From the NCBI RefSeq assembly GCF_004010195.1, contig NC_057718.1:102840077-102898320 (forward strand): a DNA stretch of 58,244 bases, written 5' to 3'. The notes under the pieces are model-generated. The model made no database searches and had not been told where the DNA came from. It saw only the letters and a program-made list of their open reading frames with translations. A program made the translations under genes and the position numbers. The stretch is from Chiloscyllium plagiosum. Lineage: Eukaryota. Below are positions 1 through 12,084 of the stretch, in pieces; positions within the stretch are counted from its first letter, which is position 1; every line of letters begins with the position of its first letter.

Positions 1-297
1 CCTATTCCTACCCTGGTCATTCTTTTATTCCTGACATACCTATAGAAAGCCTTAGGGTTTTCCCTCATCCTACCAACTAAGGACCTTTCATGTCCCCTCC
101 TTGCTGCTCTTAGCTCTCTCTTCAGGTCCTTCCTGGCTACCTTATAACTCTCAATCGCCCCAATTGAACCTTCATGCCTCATCTTTACATAGGCCGCCCT
201 CTTCCCTTTAACAAGGGATTCCAATTAAACCACAGCTCCCTCACACGACCCTTTCCTCCCTGCCTGACAGGTACATACTTATCAAGGACACTCAATA
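1..297 (-). mobile_element. CR1 LINE internal fragment (ORF2 region between endonuclease and RT)
   Basis: Similar by eye to the minus-strand CR1 segment at about 42960-43220; runs off the window edge. Confidence 0.75.
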
Positions 298-874
298 TAA
301 AATGAATTAACCTGTCTGCAAACCAGTGTTGTGTTATGTCTCATAGCAGTATACCTTTAAAAAGACCTTTAATGCTCATCATTTTGCCGTATGATAGTAT
401 GCATGATATTGGATGTGACCTGGAGGTGTAAAGATCAGAGACTGCATCTTAACTGAGGGCATTTGACATACTGATGGACAAGTGCTGTTCACAACCAATG
501 AGCTTAATATTAGCCCCAGATTACTGATGTGCATGTGACTGTAATATAAGTATATTTCATGACCCAAAATAAATGTATGTTGAAACTTTCAATACCATGT
601 TATACCTTATGCTGCAAAGAAATTGCCCTGTCAGGTACAAATGTCCTGCTAGAGACAAAGACACAAACCATGGAGGCAGCATCAATAGTGATAGAAACCT
701 CAGGAGGGGGTCAGCTGGGACGATCTATGAACACTTCAGCTTTGTCTGTTGCACACAGGATTCCAACCTTCAATGTTACCTTTCATGTGCTTATGTTTAT
801 TTATCTTTCCAGTATAGGTTTAACAACAAAACCTGACCATTGTTGGGAATGCTCACTTAGTGGGTTATTGTAGA

Positions 875-1140
875 GGGAGAGAAATAGATTTAATGTTTCA
901 GAACAATGGTCTTTCGCCAGAACTGGGGTGTAAGAGGTTTAAACAAGTGAAGGGGAGTAGAGTGGAAGAGAAACAGAATGGATAGGCTGTGATTGACTGA
1001 AAGACAGGCAAGATTGGATCATAATGGTATTGATAATCCAAGACCAAATTAAATGGGATGGGGAAGGGACATACCATTTGACTAGGTGAGGTGTGAATGG
1101 CAGAATGAGGGACAGCTGCCATCAGAAAGCAAACGCAAGT
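875..1140 (-). mobile_element. Degenerate Penelope-like element terminal (pseudo-LTR) fragment
   Basis: gagagaaatagatttaatgtttcag...tctttcgccagaact resembles the pLTR/hammerhead block at 34385-34445 and 52313-52368. Confidence 0.5.
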
Positions 1141-1189
1141 GAAATATGAGTTATAACCAAATGCTGCAAAGTGATCCTGAACGTTTACG

Positions 1190-1545
1190 AGGATCCGGCA
1201 ATGTCATTGGGCCAGTAATCCAGTGGACCAGCTAATATTATCAGTTCAAACCTCAGCATGGCAGGAGCCGGAATTTAAATTCAGTCGCTAAATCTGGATT
1301 GATGGTTGCCATGAAACTATTGTTGGTTGTTGTGACAACCAATCATGACCCTTTAGAGGAGAAAATCTGCCGTCCTTACCTGGTCTGGTCTACATGTGAC
1401 TCCAAACCCACGGCAATTTAGGTGACTCTTAAATACCTTATGGATTAGCTTAGTAAGTCTCTCAGTTCAGGGGTGGTTAGGGGCGGATATCAACACTGGC
1501 CTTGCCACAGTCACATTATGGAAAATAATGCAAATTAAAAATAAT
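1190..1545 (+). mobile_element. tRNA-derived SINE, family B (degenerate)
   Basis: Contains gaaaatctgccgtccttacctggtctggtctacatgtgactcca, shared with copies at 19698, 22105, 35590 and 46688. Confidence 0.75.
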
Positions 1546-1874
1546 ATATTCAGTTAGAGTGACCACTGTTGAGGTTGCTGCGTTGATCTTTGTGGGAACA
1601 AGGGGTTAAGGGAATAAAAATGTAGAAAGCAGAGCACAGTCAATTCACTGCAAGCGTTTATGCAAAAATGCATTTCCGAAATTCAGGATACAGGCAATAA
1701 CATGAGCAAAACACCTGTCATTATAATAGGTCAGGAAGTATGGCAATGATAACGAGACCTATTATTATCATGACACTGTTGGAAAGTATCTCAGGGAGGG
1801 AACCTTGAAACTTCTTCTAATGACATTGGGGTCACTGTCGTAGTGTGGACAGGATGGTTTGACCTGGCTGGGGG

Positions 1875-2170
1875 CATCTGAGACCAAGGGACACAGTCTC
1901 AGAATAAGGGACAAGCCATTTCAGACTGAGATGAGGAGAAATTTCTTTCCTCAAGGGCTGGTGAACCTGTAGAATTCTCTACTCCAGAGGGCTGTGGGTG
2001 TTCAGCCTGTTCAAGACAGGAATTGTATCGATTTCTAGATATCAAGAACATCGAGGATTATGTGGATAGTTGGGAAAATGGTAAAGAGGGAGATAATCAG
2101 CCCTGATCTGTTAGAGAGGTGGAGACTAGGCCTGGTGGGCCAAATGGTCTACTCCTATCCAATGTTCCCT
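1875..2170 (+). mobile_element. CR1 LINE 3' fragment
   Basis: Encodes degenerate ORF2 C-terminus (TKGHSLRIRDKPFQTEMRRNFF) followed by a CR1-type 3' UTR. Confidence 0.75.
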
Positions 2171-2559
2171 GATGGATGTGAGGACTTTGAAACAGTGTAA
2201 GGGAAGCTGCTGTATGATCCTGATCAGGAGCTTCAGGAGCTCTTGTAACAGTCAAAAAGGCCATTTTGAAACAATGTCACTCCACCTTTGACCCCTTGTT
2301 AAGCTGAATTTGCCAGGGGAGGCGGAGTGGGGTGGGTGGTGGGGGCAACACATTTCTGATCAGCATAGGTTTTGAGCACATTTCCAGGGGGTAAAACTGC
2401 GCCTACGTTTCCTTGTTCCTAGGCCAGCACATGATAAAGTACATTTCTTCTCCGGGGATCTGATCTGATCAGGGCTCTGGGTCTGAAGAGGGACTAGGGT
2501 ATTGGGGAATATCATTCAGGGAATGTGTAATACCATAGCCGTAGTGATATGGTGTTATC

Positions 2560-2945
2560 AACAGCATACAAAGAGGCCCTTTGGCCTATCCAGTCTGTAC
2601 TGGTTATCAAGCATCCATCCATTCTCACCTCATATAAGCCTGGGGCCTTGTATGCTCTGGCATGTCAAGTGCTTATTTAAATACTTCTTCTCCTGCCTCT
2701 AACACCCTTCAGGCAGTGAGTTCCAGACACCCAATGCTCTCTGGATAGAAAAGACTTTCCTCAAAGCCCTTCTAAACCTCCTGCTTCTTATCTTAATACT
2801 GTGCACATCGTGTATTGACCCGTCTATTACAGGGAAAGCTTCTCCCTGTCTTCCCTGCTTGTTCCCCTCAGAATTTTATACATCTCATTCAGATCCTGCT
2901 CAGGCTTCTCTGCTTGAACAAAACATCCCCAGGACTATCGAATCT
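2560..2945 (-). mobile_element. Old CR1 LINE 3' fragment
   Basis: Pattern ggcagtgagttccagac...cctcaaagcccttctaaacctc typical of reverse-strand CR1 3' ends in this window. Confidence 0.6.
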
Positions 2946-3154
2946 CTCTCTCTCTCTCACTCTTATTAGTCTCTTGGTCATGGTGAAGCAGAGAGTTGGA
3001 GCTAAGCTTTGGAGATAGAGACCCAGATGATTCTCTACATTTAAAGAGATCAAGAGATTGAGGGGCAAGCCTGCGGATTTTTGAGAGATTCAGATTTTTG
3101 GGTGTTAGCCAAGAAACTGGATGTGTAAATCTTTGATCCCATAGTTTAAATTAA

Positions 3155-3650
3155 GATCACAAGACCATAAGATATTGGAGCAGAAATTAGGCTATTCGGC
3201 TCTACCTATCAGTTGATAGGTTTGTCAATCCCATTTTCCCACATTTTCCCCATAACCTTTGACCCCCTTGGCAATCAAGACCTTATCTATCTCAGTCTTA
3301 AATATATTCAGTGACCTGGCCTCCACAGCCTTCTGTGGTAATGAATTCCATAGATTCACCACTCTCTGGCTGAAGAAGTTTCTCCTTCTCTCCGTTCTAA
3401 AAGGTCTTCCCTTTACTCTAAGGCTGTGCCCTTGGATCCTCATCTCCCGTCCCAATGGAAACATCTTCCCAACGTCTGCTCTGTCCAGGCCATTCAATAT
3501 TCTGTAAGTTTCAATTAGATCGCCCTCATCCTCCATCAAGTATAGTCCCAGAATCCTCAAACGTTCTTCATTTGTTAAGCCTTTAATTCCTGGGATCATT
3601 TTCGTGACCCTCCTGTGGACCCACTGCAAGGCCAGTACATCCTTCTGAGG
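3155..3650 (-). mobile_element. CR1 LINE 3' fragment
   Basis: ORF 3225-3629: RRVTKMIPGIKGL..ERL..LGL..GDLIETYRIL..GHSLRVKGRPFRTERRRNFFSQRVVNLWNSLP (CR1 ORF2 C-terminus). Confidence 0.9.
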
Positions 3651-3651
3651 T

Positions 3652-3907
3652 AGACAATAGACAATAGGTGCAGGAGTATGCCATTCTGCCCTTCAAGCCT
3701 GAACCACCATTCATTATGATCATGGCTGATCATCCTCAATCAGTATCCTGTTCCTGCCTTATCTCCATAACCCTTGATTCCACTATCCTTGAGAGGTCTA
3801 TCCAACTCTTTCTTAAACGAATCCAGAGACTTGGCCTCCACTGACTTTTGGGGCAGAGCATTCCACACACCCACCACTCTCTGGGTGAAGAAGTTTCTCC
3901 TCATCTG
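3652..3907 (-). mobile_element. CR1 LINE 3' fragment (different subfamily)
   Basis: MRRNFFTQRVVGVWNALPQKSVEAKSLDSFKKELD plus 3' UTR with short tandem tail. Confidence 0.85.
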
Positions 3908-4069
3908 AGGTACAGGGCACAGAATTGCTCTAATTAAAACAGAAAGCTGGGTGGAGCAGGTCCATAAAGAATCCACCTTCTGTAGCAATTTATAGAATGA
4001 GGAGATAATTGATTTGAGAGAAATCTATTTGTATGTTTTGGTTCTCAGTGAGAGGTTCTGGACAGAAAA

Positions 4070-4710
4070 ACATAGTAACATAGGAACATATGGGTGGCAT
4101 AGTGGATCTGTGGTTAGCACTGCTGCCTCACAGTGCCAGAGACCCAGGTTCAATTCTGGCCCGGGGTGACTGTCTGTGTGGAGTTTGCCCATTCTCCCCA
4201 TGTCTGCATCTGTTTCCTCTGGGTGCTCGGTTTCCTCCCACTATCCAAAGATGTGCGGGTCAGGTGAATTGGCTGTGCTAAATTGCCTATAGTGTTAGGT
4301 GCATTAGTCTGGGTTAAATATAGGGTAAGGAGAATGGGTCTGGGTGGGTTACTCTTTGGAGGGTTGGTGTGGACTTGTTGGGTCGAATAGCCTGTTTTCA
4401 CACTATAGGGAATCTAATCTAAACAGGAGTAGGCCATTCGGCCCTGAGAGCCTGCTCCACCATTCAACATGATCATGCCTGACTGTCCAACTCAGTTCCC
4501 TGTTCCCCGTTCTCCTCACACCCTCTGATTCCTTTACCTTTATGAATGGGATATAACTCCTTCTCAAAAACACTGAATATTTTCATCGCAACCCCATTTA
4601 TGTAACACAGAATTCCACAGGCTCCCCACTCTGTGCACGGGGAAATTTCTCTCATCTCAATCCTAAATGTCTCACCCTGTATCCTTAAACAGTGAGCCCT
4701 GGTTCTGGAA
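4070..4710 (-). mobile_element. CR1 LINE 3' fragment interrupted by an HE1 SINE
   Basis: Tail aacatag..taggaac at 4070-4090 continues as aacaggagtaggccattcggccc at 4422. Confidence 0.7.
4092..4422 (+). mobile_element. HE1-type tRNA-derived SINE
   Basis: A-box-like tggttagcactgctgcctcacag, B-box ggttcaattc, central gtgtggagtttg..ttctcccc domain, (aatct)n tail. Confidence 0.9.
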
Positions 4711-5289
4711 TGAAATTAATCTCCTTTTCACCAGTTCTTGGCAAGTTATTCATATCCTTGTGATTTTTTTAAACATTGTTCTACAAAAGGAATTTTACAA
4801 TCCTATATCTTTGGCAATGTGTAATTGCGCTAATCAAAACTAAACCTCCCGATCGCTTAAATGTTGCACTGCTTCTAGGTGGATGTTTGGGCCAGCCGCT
4901 GTAATCATTTTTTCCTGCACTTTTCCTCCACTCTTACTCATCCTTATTTTCAACTCTTTTTAAAGATCCCTTTTCAGCCTTCATCTTATTAACCACTGAT
5001 AGTAAAGTATTACAGACAAAAAGAACCCCAATATTTGGTAACCCTGATATATATTAAGTCTGGATAAAACTCATCAATTGCAATAGAATTGTACTGAACC
5101 ATCATTGTGCTTATGGACCCACACTGACACCCAGTAGAGCACAGCCGCCATTTGCTGTCAACTGGTGATCAATGAAACTTTTGTGAAGCACTTTGGGGTG
5201 TCTAACTACATGGAAGGCTTGAGGGAAATGCAAGCAGTTGTTGTTACTGCTGTTGTAGCCTTATCATCAGTCCCAGTGTTGTCCTCTGA

Positions 5290-5755
5290 AGACCATAAAA
5301 TGTAGGAGCAGAAGGAGACCATTCAACACATCGAGTCCACTCTGCCATTCGGTGAGATCATGGCTGATCTGATATCCCTGAACTCCACTTTCCTAACTTT
5401 TTCCCGAAACTCTTGATTCCCTTACTAATTAAAAACCTGCCTATCTCAGTTTTGAGTATACTTAACAACCCAACCTAAACAGAATTCCAAGTCCTAATCT
5501 CTTCTTTAAATGGATGACCCCTTACTCTGAGATGACACCCTCTGATCCTAGACTCTCCCACAAGGAGAAATAAGCATCGACCCTGCTGAACCCTCTAAGG
5601 ATCTTAAATGTTGCAACAAGTTTGCCTCTCACTCTTCTCAAAGCCAACAAGACCAAACCCAATCTATTCAATCTTGTCTTGTAACCAAGTCCCTCCATAC
5701 CTGGAACCTATCTCATGGGTCTTCTCTAACTCCCTCCAATGCTCGTATGAAGGAG
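5290..5755 (-). mobile_element. CR1 LINE 3' fragment
   Basis: Same 3' UTR pattern as 3155-3650 (gaccataa..taggagcagaa..gaccattc). Confidence 0.7.
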
Positions 5756-5916
5756 ACCTGGCCTCATGAATTCATAACTAACTCTCTGCTTTCCTGTTCA
5801 ATGTTCCATGTGTAAGAACCAGGATTAATGTTATTTGGGTAAGTCAACAAAGATCATTCAATGCAGCAAAGATCAGAGAACATTAGATTGTGAATCTAAT
5901 CTTTCCTCATTATTTG

Positions 5917-6427
5917 GGACTGTTGCTGAACAAAGAGACCTTGGAGTGCAAGTTCATAGCTTCTTGAAAGTGGAGTCACAGGTAGATAGGATAGTGAAGA
6001 AGGCGTTTGGTATGCTTTCCTTTATTGGTCAGAGTATTGAGTATAGGAGTTGGGAGGTCATGTTGCGGCTGTACAGGACATTGGAGGATAAATAGGCAAA
6101 GTCTTTTCCCTGGGGTGGGGGAGTCCAGAACTAGAGGGCATATGTTTAAGGTGGGAGGGGAAAGATATAAAAGAGACCTAAGGGGCAACTTTTCCATGCA
6201 GAGGGTGGTATGTGTATGGAATGAGCTGCCAGAGGATATGGTGGAGGCTGGTACAATTGCAACATTTAAGAGGCATTTGGATGGGTATATGAATAGGAAG
6301 GGTTTGGAGGGATATGGACCAGGTGCTGGCAGGCGGGACTAGATTGGGTTGGGATATCTGGTCAGTATGGATAGGTTGGACCGAAGGCTCTGTTTCCATG
6401 CTGTACATCTCTATGACTCTATGACTC
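5917..6427 (+). mobile_element. HER1-type CR1 LINE 3' fragment with internal deletion
   Basis: EQRDLGVQVHSFLKVESQVDRIVKKAFGML then jumps to RINRQSLFPGVGESRTRGH...; tail ctatgactctatgact. Confidence 0.9.
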
Positions 6428-6449
6428 ATTCTCGTGATGAAGGGCATAC

Positions 6450-6895
6450 CCTATGAGTAAAGGTTAGGCAGTCTGAGCCAGTATCCATTGGAGGTTTGAA
6501 AATTGAGTGTTAAATCTTATTGAAACAAAGAAGATCATATGAGGATTGTACAGACTTTATGGTAAAAGGTTGTTCCTTCTTGTGGGAGAGACTAGAACTA
6601 GGGGACACCAGTTAAGATAAAAAGGATCACCCATTTAGTACAGTGTTGGGAAGAATTTGTTTTCTCCTGGATATGCATTAGTGTGTGCAATCCTCTTCTC
6701 TGGTGGAATCATTGAAGATTTTTACAGCTAAGTTAGATTGATTTTTGGTGAATGAGGGAGTCAATAGAGTTATGGGAGAGCAGGCAGGAATATAGAGCTC
6801 AGCCCACAGTCAGATCAGCCAATATCTCATTGGGCAGTGGAGCAGGTTTGAGGAGCTGAATGGTCTATTTTCACTTCCAATTCTCGCGATCTTTT
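6450..6895 (+). mobile_element. Old CR1 LINE 3' fragment
   Basis: ggagagactagaactaggggacacc and CR1 3' UTR motif gagcaggtttgaggagctgaatggtcta. Confidence 0.65.
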
Positions 6896-7390
6896 ATTCA
6901 TAATCTGGAAGTTTTCACCTTGAACTTATCATGCTCCACAGAGCTCATCATGTTGCCTTGAATGAAATTTGTTGCCTCATTGTCTGTGATTTAACAGAAG
7001 TACCTAGGGTTGGTACTGCAAGTGACATCATTTTGATGTTGTCACTATGGTAACATGCCTGTAGTGAAACGACACAGCCTCAGTACAGTCTATGATCAAA
7101 TCAAGACATACCATCATCTAGTTTCCCCTTTATTTTCCTTTTCATCCTTAATAATGTCTTTAATGTCTCTAAATGGAAGGTGTCCTGTTCATTGACTGGA
7201 AGGTAAAGTCACCCAAAGTAGCTACTTTATTGTCTATTGACTGTGCTCTTGTTAAAATCAACAGTGATGCTCCAATTCTCTTTTATGTATGATGAATTAT
7301 TTGATCCTTAAGAAGAGTTTCACTAGCTGGGGATAAGTATCCTCTCAGAGAGCAGCAGGCCTTCTGACTTGGATTCTGTCTTCTTTCCAG

Positions 7391-7453
7391 TTCACAGCCC
7401 GTAAAGGCTATGTACACATGAACTCAAAGTCAAAGACTGACCTCAGTGTATGA
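7391..7453 (+). CDS. Candidate host terminal coding exon (product unknown)
   Basis: Branch-like ctgac (about 7364), pyrimidine tract ttctgtcttctttccAG ending at 7390; phase 0 reads FTARKGYVHMNSKSKTDLSV* (other phases give xHSP* or xSQPVKAMYT*); followed by about 2 kb free of interspersed repeats. Confidence 0.3.
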   Translation, partial: FTARKGYVHMNSKSKTDLSV

Positions 7454-8289
7454 GCCTTCCTTTGAGGCTGCTTCGGGTTTGAAGAGTCATTCTCACTTTT
7501 ATGATTAGAAATGGATCCGCAATCACCCTGCCATCAGGGAAAATCATTAGACCAAGGTTGCAAATCTGTTCATGAGTGTAAGGAAACCATCTGTAAACAT
7601 CTTTGACTGGTATACTTACTTTGGTGATTAGTGCAACGGCTGTAATATAATATGCAAGGATGCGTCTGTGACACGTGATAGCTTAAATCATTGGTCACAT
7701 CAACTCTTTGCCTAGAGATATATTGGAATGGTCGACATTGTGTTAATTGGCCAAAAGATTCTGTTCAAAGGAATAACCTGTCCTCTCCCTTTTACTTTAA
7801 ATAATCTCTCCTGTGACAAATTTGATCTAAATTTAGCGATGAGAAGCAATGATCATGAGCAGCTCTTTCGGAACATGGGAAATAATCTGTTGTTAATTTC
7901 AGCGAATAGTGATGGAGTTACCTAACACACATTCCTTTTTATCCAACTTATTCAGGATGCAGGAATTAAAACTTTTGTGTTGTTTAATCATTTTTGCTTT
8001 TGCCTAGAGAAAAATGCGTGCGTTTAATTTGGAAATATATTCCACAGTATTCTGAGACACATTATGCTTTCTGTTGGTATCCGGTGTTACCATTGGCTCT
8101 AACGGTGACTAATTTCTCAAAATTAATTGGCTCTGTCTGTCATTGACGTTATGCCATGTAGCATTTTCTTGTGAAGTGATAAGTATTTGTTTAAATCAGT
8201 ATTTTACATTTTAAATTTTAAATGACACTTTAAAATGCAGTAATGTTTGGAAACACGTTGAGGTCGTCTGATAGCTACATTTCTATTGA

Positions 8290-8480
8290 GTGTGGGTGAG
8301 TCTATGCAAGTGTGCAAGTGTGACTGTACATGCATGTAAAAGTGTGTTCGTGCATGTGTGAGCGTGTGTGCATATGCGAACATGTATTTGGATATGTGAG
8401 TAAGCACGTGAACGTGTATGAGTGTACACATAAGGAAAAGTGTGCAAGTGAGTGTGTGTAAATGTATATATCTGCATGTT
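8290..8480. repeat. Degenerate (TG)n microsatellite
   Basis: Run of gtgt/gtgc/atgt units. Confidence 0.9.
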
Positions 8481-9540
8481 TATTCCCATGGTTTGTAAGC
8501 GTGCTTCAGGATAGACAATGGCAATGTGACCTTTCCTGTCTACCCCAGTGTTCAGTATTACAAGGCCATGTGGAATCAGCAGATGTTGTGGCTTTTTTTT
8601 TGATCATTCCTTACCTATGTCAGTCGGGTTCATCAATCATCTTAATCACTCGAAGGGGCAGCCTGTCAGCAGAGGGGGAGAAAAAGCCCTTCCCAATTTG
8701 ATGCATTCCCTGATAATGGAAAGGGTTTGGAAAAGCTGCACAGCAGGGTCCATATGCTTCTGATTATTGCACGGTTTAGTTCCAGAACATTAACCCCTTA
8801 ACAGCTGACTCCCCTGGAGGTTTCATTTCTAGCTAATGGTGCTCATTAAAAGTTTTATTCATTTTTGCTTCAAGTGTATTACAAAGTGGCAAATTGCTTC
8901 CCAAACATTTCTAATGTTTATTGTGGTACAAAATCTTTATGCCCTGAAATGCATATGTAAAATGACACAGTTAATACTTTATAACATGAAATGTGCAATT
9001 AGTAAAATATAACTGGGACCCAGAACAACTGAGAAATCACACAACTGAAATTGGAACCCTAATTAGTTAATGACCAAAGAATCATTGAAGTGATCATGAG
9101 TAATCTGAAGATCTAAACACAAAGAAAAAATAGATCAAGGCATAATCTTTTGTGGCATTACACACAACAGGCTAGGCTGTTTCTAAATGCCTGACAAGAA
9201 ATGGTTAGAGATTGTGGATAATTGGAGCAGGCACAGCAACCTTTATTATGCTCTCATTATAAAACTGAGGCAGGAGATATTCAGGGAAAAATGGGAAAAT
9301 AAATCCCCGAATTCTAAATGGTGAGGGCTCCCAGCAATGTACCCACTCTGTATTCAGCATCCCTGATCTGAATTGCTCTACTGTTGTCATGACCCTGAAA
9401 GCCATTCATCCACACCCATGCCAGCCAACCTTTCCAGCTCCCTACTTCACACTCCTCAATAAAGACTCCAATCAAAGCCTCAAACTGATCTTTTGGTGAT
9501 CTGCCTGCTTTTGAGGCTTCATATCATGTTTTGTTTTAAG

Positions 9541-9680
9541 TATCTGAGGAAGGATCACTGGATTAGAAACGTTAACTCTGATTTCTCTCCACAGATGCTG
9601 CCAGACCTGTTGAGCTTTTCCAGTAATTTCTGTTTTTGTTTCTCATTTCCAGCATTGGCCATTCTTTTGGTTTTTATTTT
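9541..9680 (+). mobile_element. Penelope-like pseudo-LTR fragment with hammerhead-like motif
   Basis: CTGAGGA-A-GGATC-ACTG-GATTA-GAAACGTTAACT followed by cagatgctgccagacctg..gagcttttccag; partial second copy at 9880-9965. Confidence 0.7.
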
Positions 9681-9987
9681 GCGTTTAATTCATTGCCACA
9701 TCTCTCCCAGGCATGCCTACTTCGCCTCTCTCCGACAGGATTTCAATTTCAATTGTTTTTCCTTGTCCAACGTCATTAATTTCATGGTCATTCCTGGTGT
9801 TTGACAAGGCATTTGCTAAAACTCATTTCCACTGACACATCACATTCCAAAGTGACTGTCTCCGCCACAGATTCACCCTTACCGGATCTGAAACGTTAAC
9901 TATGATTTCTCTCCACAGATGCTGCCAGACCTGCTGAGCTTTTCCAGCAATTTCTCTTATTGTTTCTGTTTTAAGTACCTTTTGACC

Positions 9988-10691
9988 TGTTGCAATGCAG
10001 GGTAAACCCTCCTGCTTAATTTAAACCAGCAACACAGAAAAGATTTATCCTGAGCAGTAATCTGTGAAAAACTCGAGAGGCCAAGAACTATTTAAAGTAA
10101 AAATTAACAACTTTATTTCTTAAAGTACAACAGAGAATAATTAACTAACAACTATTTACAACTCCTTCCTCTAACCTATCTTTTACTTTCCCCTCTACAA
10201 TACTGGTCTGATACAAATCCCAATTAAGATTTACAAAGCAAAACTTCTTATCTCAAAACCAGGCAGCCTTCTGTGCTTCTCTGTATTCCTATCTTCTATT
10301 CTTTTTTGGGATTCTGTATCACAGGTTACTGATCGATAAAGGTACCTTGAAATGCTATTTTTTCAGACAGTCTTTACATGCTGGTGGCTTGACAGCTCTC
10401 CTCCCAACTGTTCAATTTTCCCTGGTCTTAAACCCCCAAAGCATCGGATTGTATCATTGACTTTTAAGATTGTCAATATACTAAATTCAAACTGGATTGG
10501 AGTTTGGCAATTTTGGGGGCTATAATTTAAACTGATTGGCCTAATTTGAATCTGTTTTTGTCTCCAGGCAACCAGCTACCCTAACTAGCCCAGTAGCAGA
10601 ACCACATGTTACATTGTATCTTGGTGCTGTCAGGTAGTTTTGCTAGCTTTTAACTCTCTTAAAGGTACATTACACCCACATCTTCATAACA
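9988..10691 (-). mobile_element. Solo LTR of the Gmr1-like Gypsy family
   Basis: TGTTG...TAACA termini, flanks gacc / gaca (4-bp target duplication with one mismatch), colinear with the LTR at 24553-25244; AATAAA on the minus strand at about 10112. Confidence 0.9.
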
Positions 10692-10869
10692 GACATTAGC
10701 TCAGAAGCCAACTTGGAATAATTGAGCAATTTAAAACCAGCATGCTGTCCTCAGCCCTCATTTATAATGATCTGTCAATTGACTAGCCCTGTCGGGCAGA
10801 CTCATCACCACAGTTGTCTATCTGAAAAGGGCTTAGGGGCCAAATCTATTCTTTGCATTATTTTTATTT

Positions 10870-11170
10870 TTGAATATTGCTGAAAATGAAACAGCACATT
10901 TTGTTGAAATTTATTGTCATATACTCATCAGGACCACTTGCAAGAAAAACCAAAGAAATGTGCATTTCAATGCAACAAAGTAGGTGACAGTCATTCTTTA
11001 ATTTCTCAAGACAATTCCACAATCAATCAAAGTCAACCTGTCCAGCTTAAAATGTAAATAAAGTTTGGAAGTTAGCTGTCAGTCATCACATATTAGTGTA
11101 TTCTCCATGGGAGCACACCTTCCAATCAGAGTCCACTTGTCAACCCATCGGCACTCTCCTTTCCTATGGT
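10870..11170 (-). mobile_element. Degenerate Penelope-like terminal fragment (fourth pLTR family)
   Basis: Minus strand gtc-CTGATGA-gt at 10925-10931; an inverted related block ttcttgcaaactgtccggatgtgtgcaagatgaagtgttttgacaaaa lies at 11594-11641. Confidence 0.5.
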
Positions 11171-11530
11171 ATAAATGAGAAAGCACCCCATCCATCACCT
11201 TCAACCTTCTCCCTCTCTGCTGCCAATTTACAGGGATGTTGCGTGTGCCATTTACAAAAAACATCGAAATATTTCACCAAAACTCTTTCCAAATCACAGC
11301 CTCTACCATCTAGAAGGTCAAGAGCAATACAGACTTGGATGCATCACCAAGTGCAAGTTCCCCTTCAAGCCAAACCCAATCCTTTGTTAGAACTCTTTTG
11401 CTGTTCCTACATAGTTGCCGAATCAAGACTCAGGAATTTCCTTCTGTTTTTTTTGGTATACCTATACCCCAAAGACTGCAGTGCGGCAAAAAGGCATCAT
11501 CACTTTCTCTGAGGAAACAAATACTAGCTT
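11170..11530 (+). mobile_element. CR1-group (L2/Crack/Daphne-like) LINE 3' fragment, family D
   Basis: Degenerate relative of 21105-22020 (ctctaccatctagaaggtcaagagca, gactgcagtgcggcaaaaagg). Confidence 0.6.
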
Positions 11531-12084
11531 ACTCAGTATATCCACATTAAATGAGCACAGCAAAAGAAAGGTTGTTTTTCCTTTGTGTTGGTATTCTTGC
11601 AAACTGTCCGGATGTGTGCAAGATGAAGTGTTTTGACAAAAGTGCTTTTCTTCAGCAATACTCAATTCCTGTATTTCCAAACAACTCCTCTGACATTCCT
11701 AAAATAACTTCTAATAACTGCATTTATAATAGAAATTGCCCACATAAACTCACCACTGGGTGATAAGGGAAATGGTGATTTAGCACTGATGTCATTGGGC
11801 TAGAAATGCAGAGGCTGGCTCGAATGGTCTCGGCCCTGGGCTTGAATCCTTCCTCTAGAAGGAATGTACAACCTGCAGAAATATGTCTCCACTATTCCCT
11901 GTCAGGATCACAACTGTATTTTAAATAGAGTCATCACACTCCATGATATAGCAGCCCTTACTTATAGTGGGAATAAGTAAGTTTGAATTAAGCTGTGAAC
12001 GCACAACTTCATTCATAAGAAACTATAATTTTCACAATTCTAAACAGTAGAGCCATGCAACTCGTTGAGTAAGACATGATGTTT

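Noticed and set aside
559..873. 104-aa and 87-aa overlapping ORFs as a host gene
   Set aside because: No recognisable domain and no convincing pair of splice sites
8204..8489. His/Thr-rich ORFs
   Set aside because: Translation of a (CA)n microsatellite
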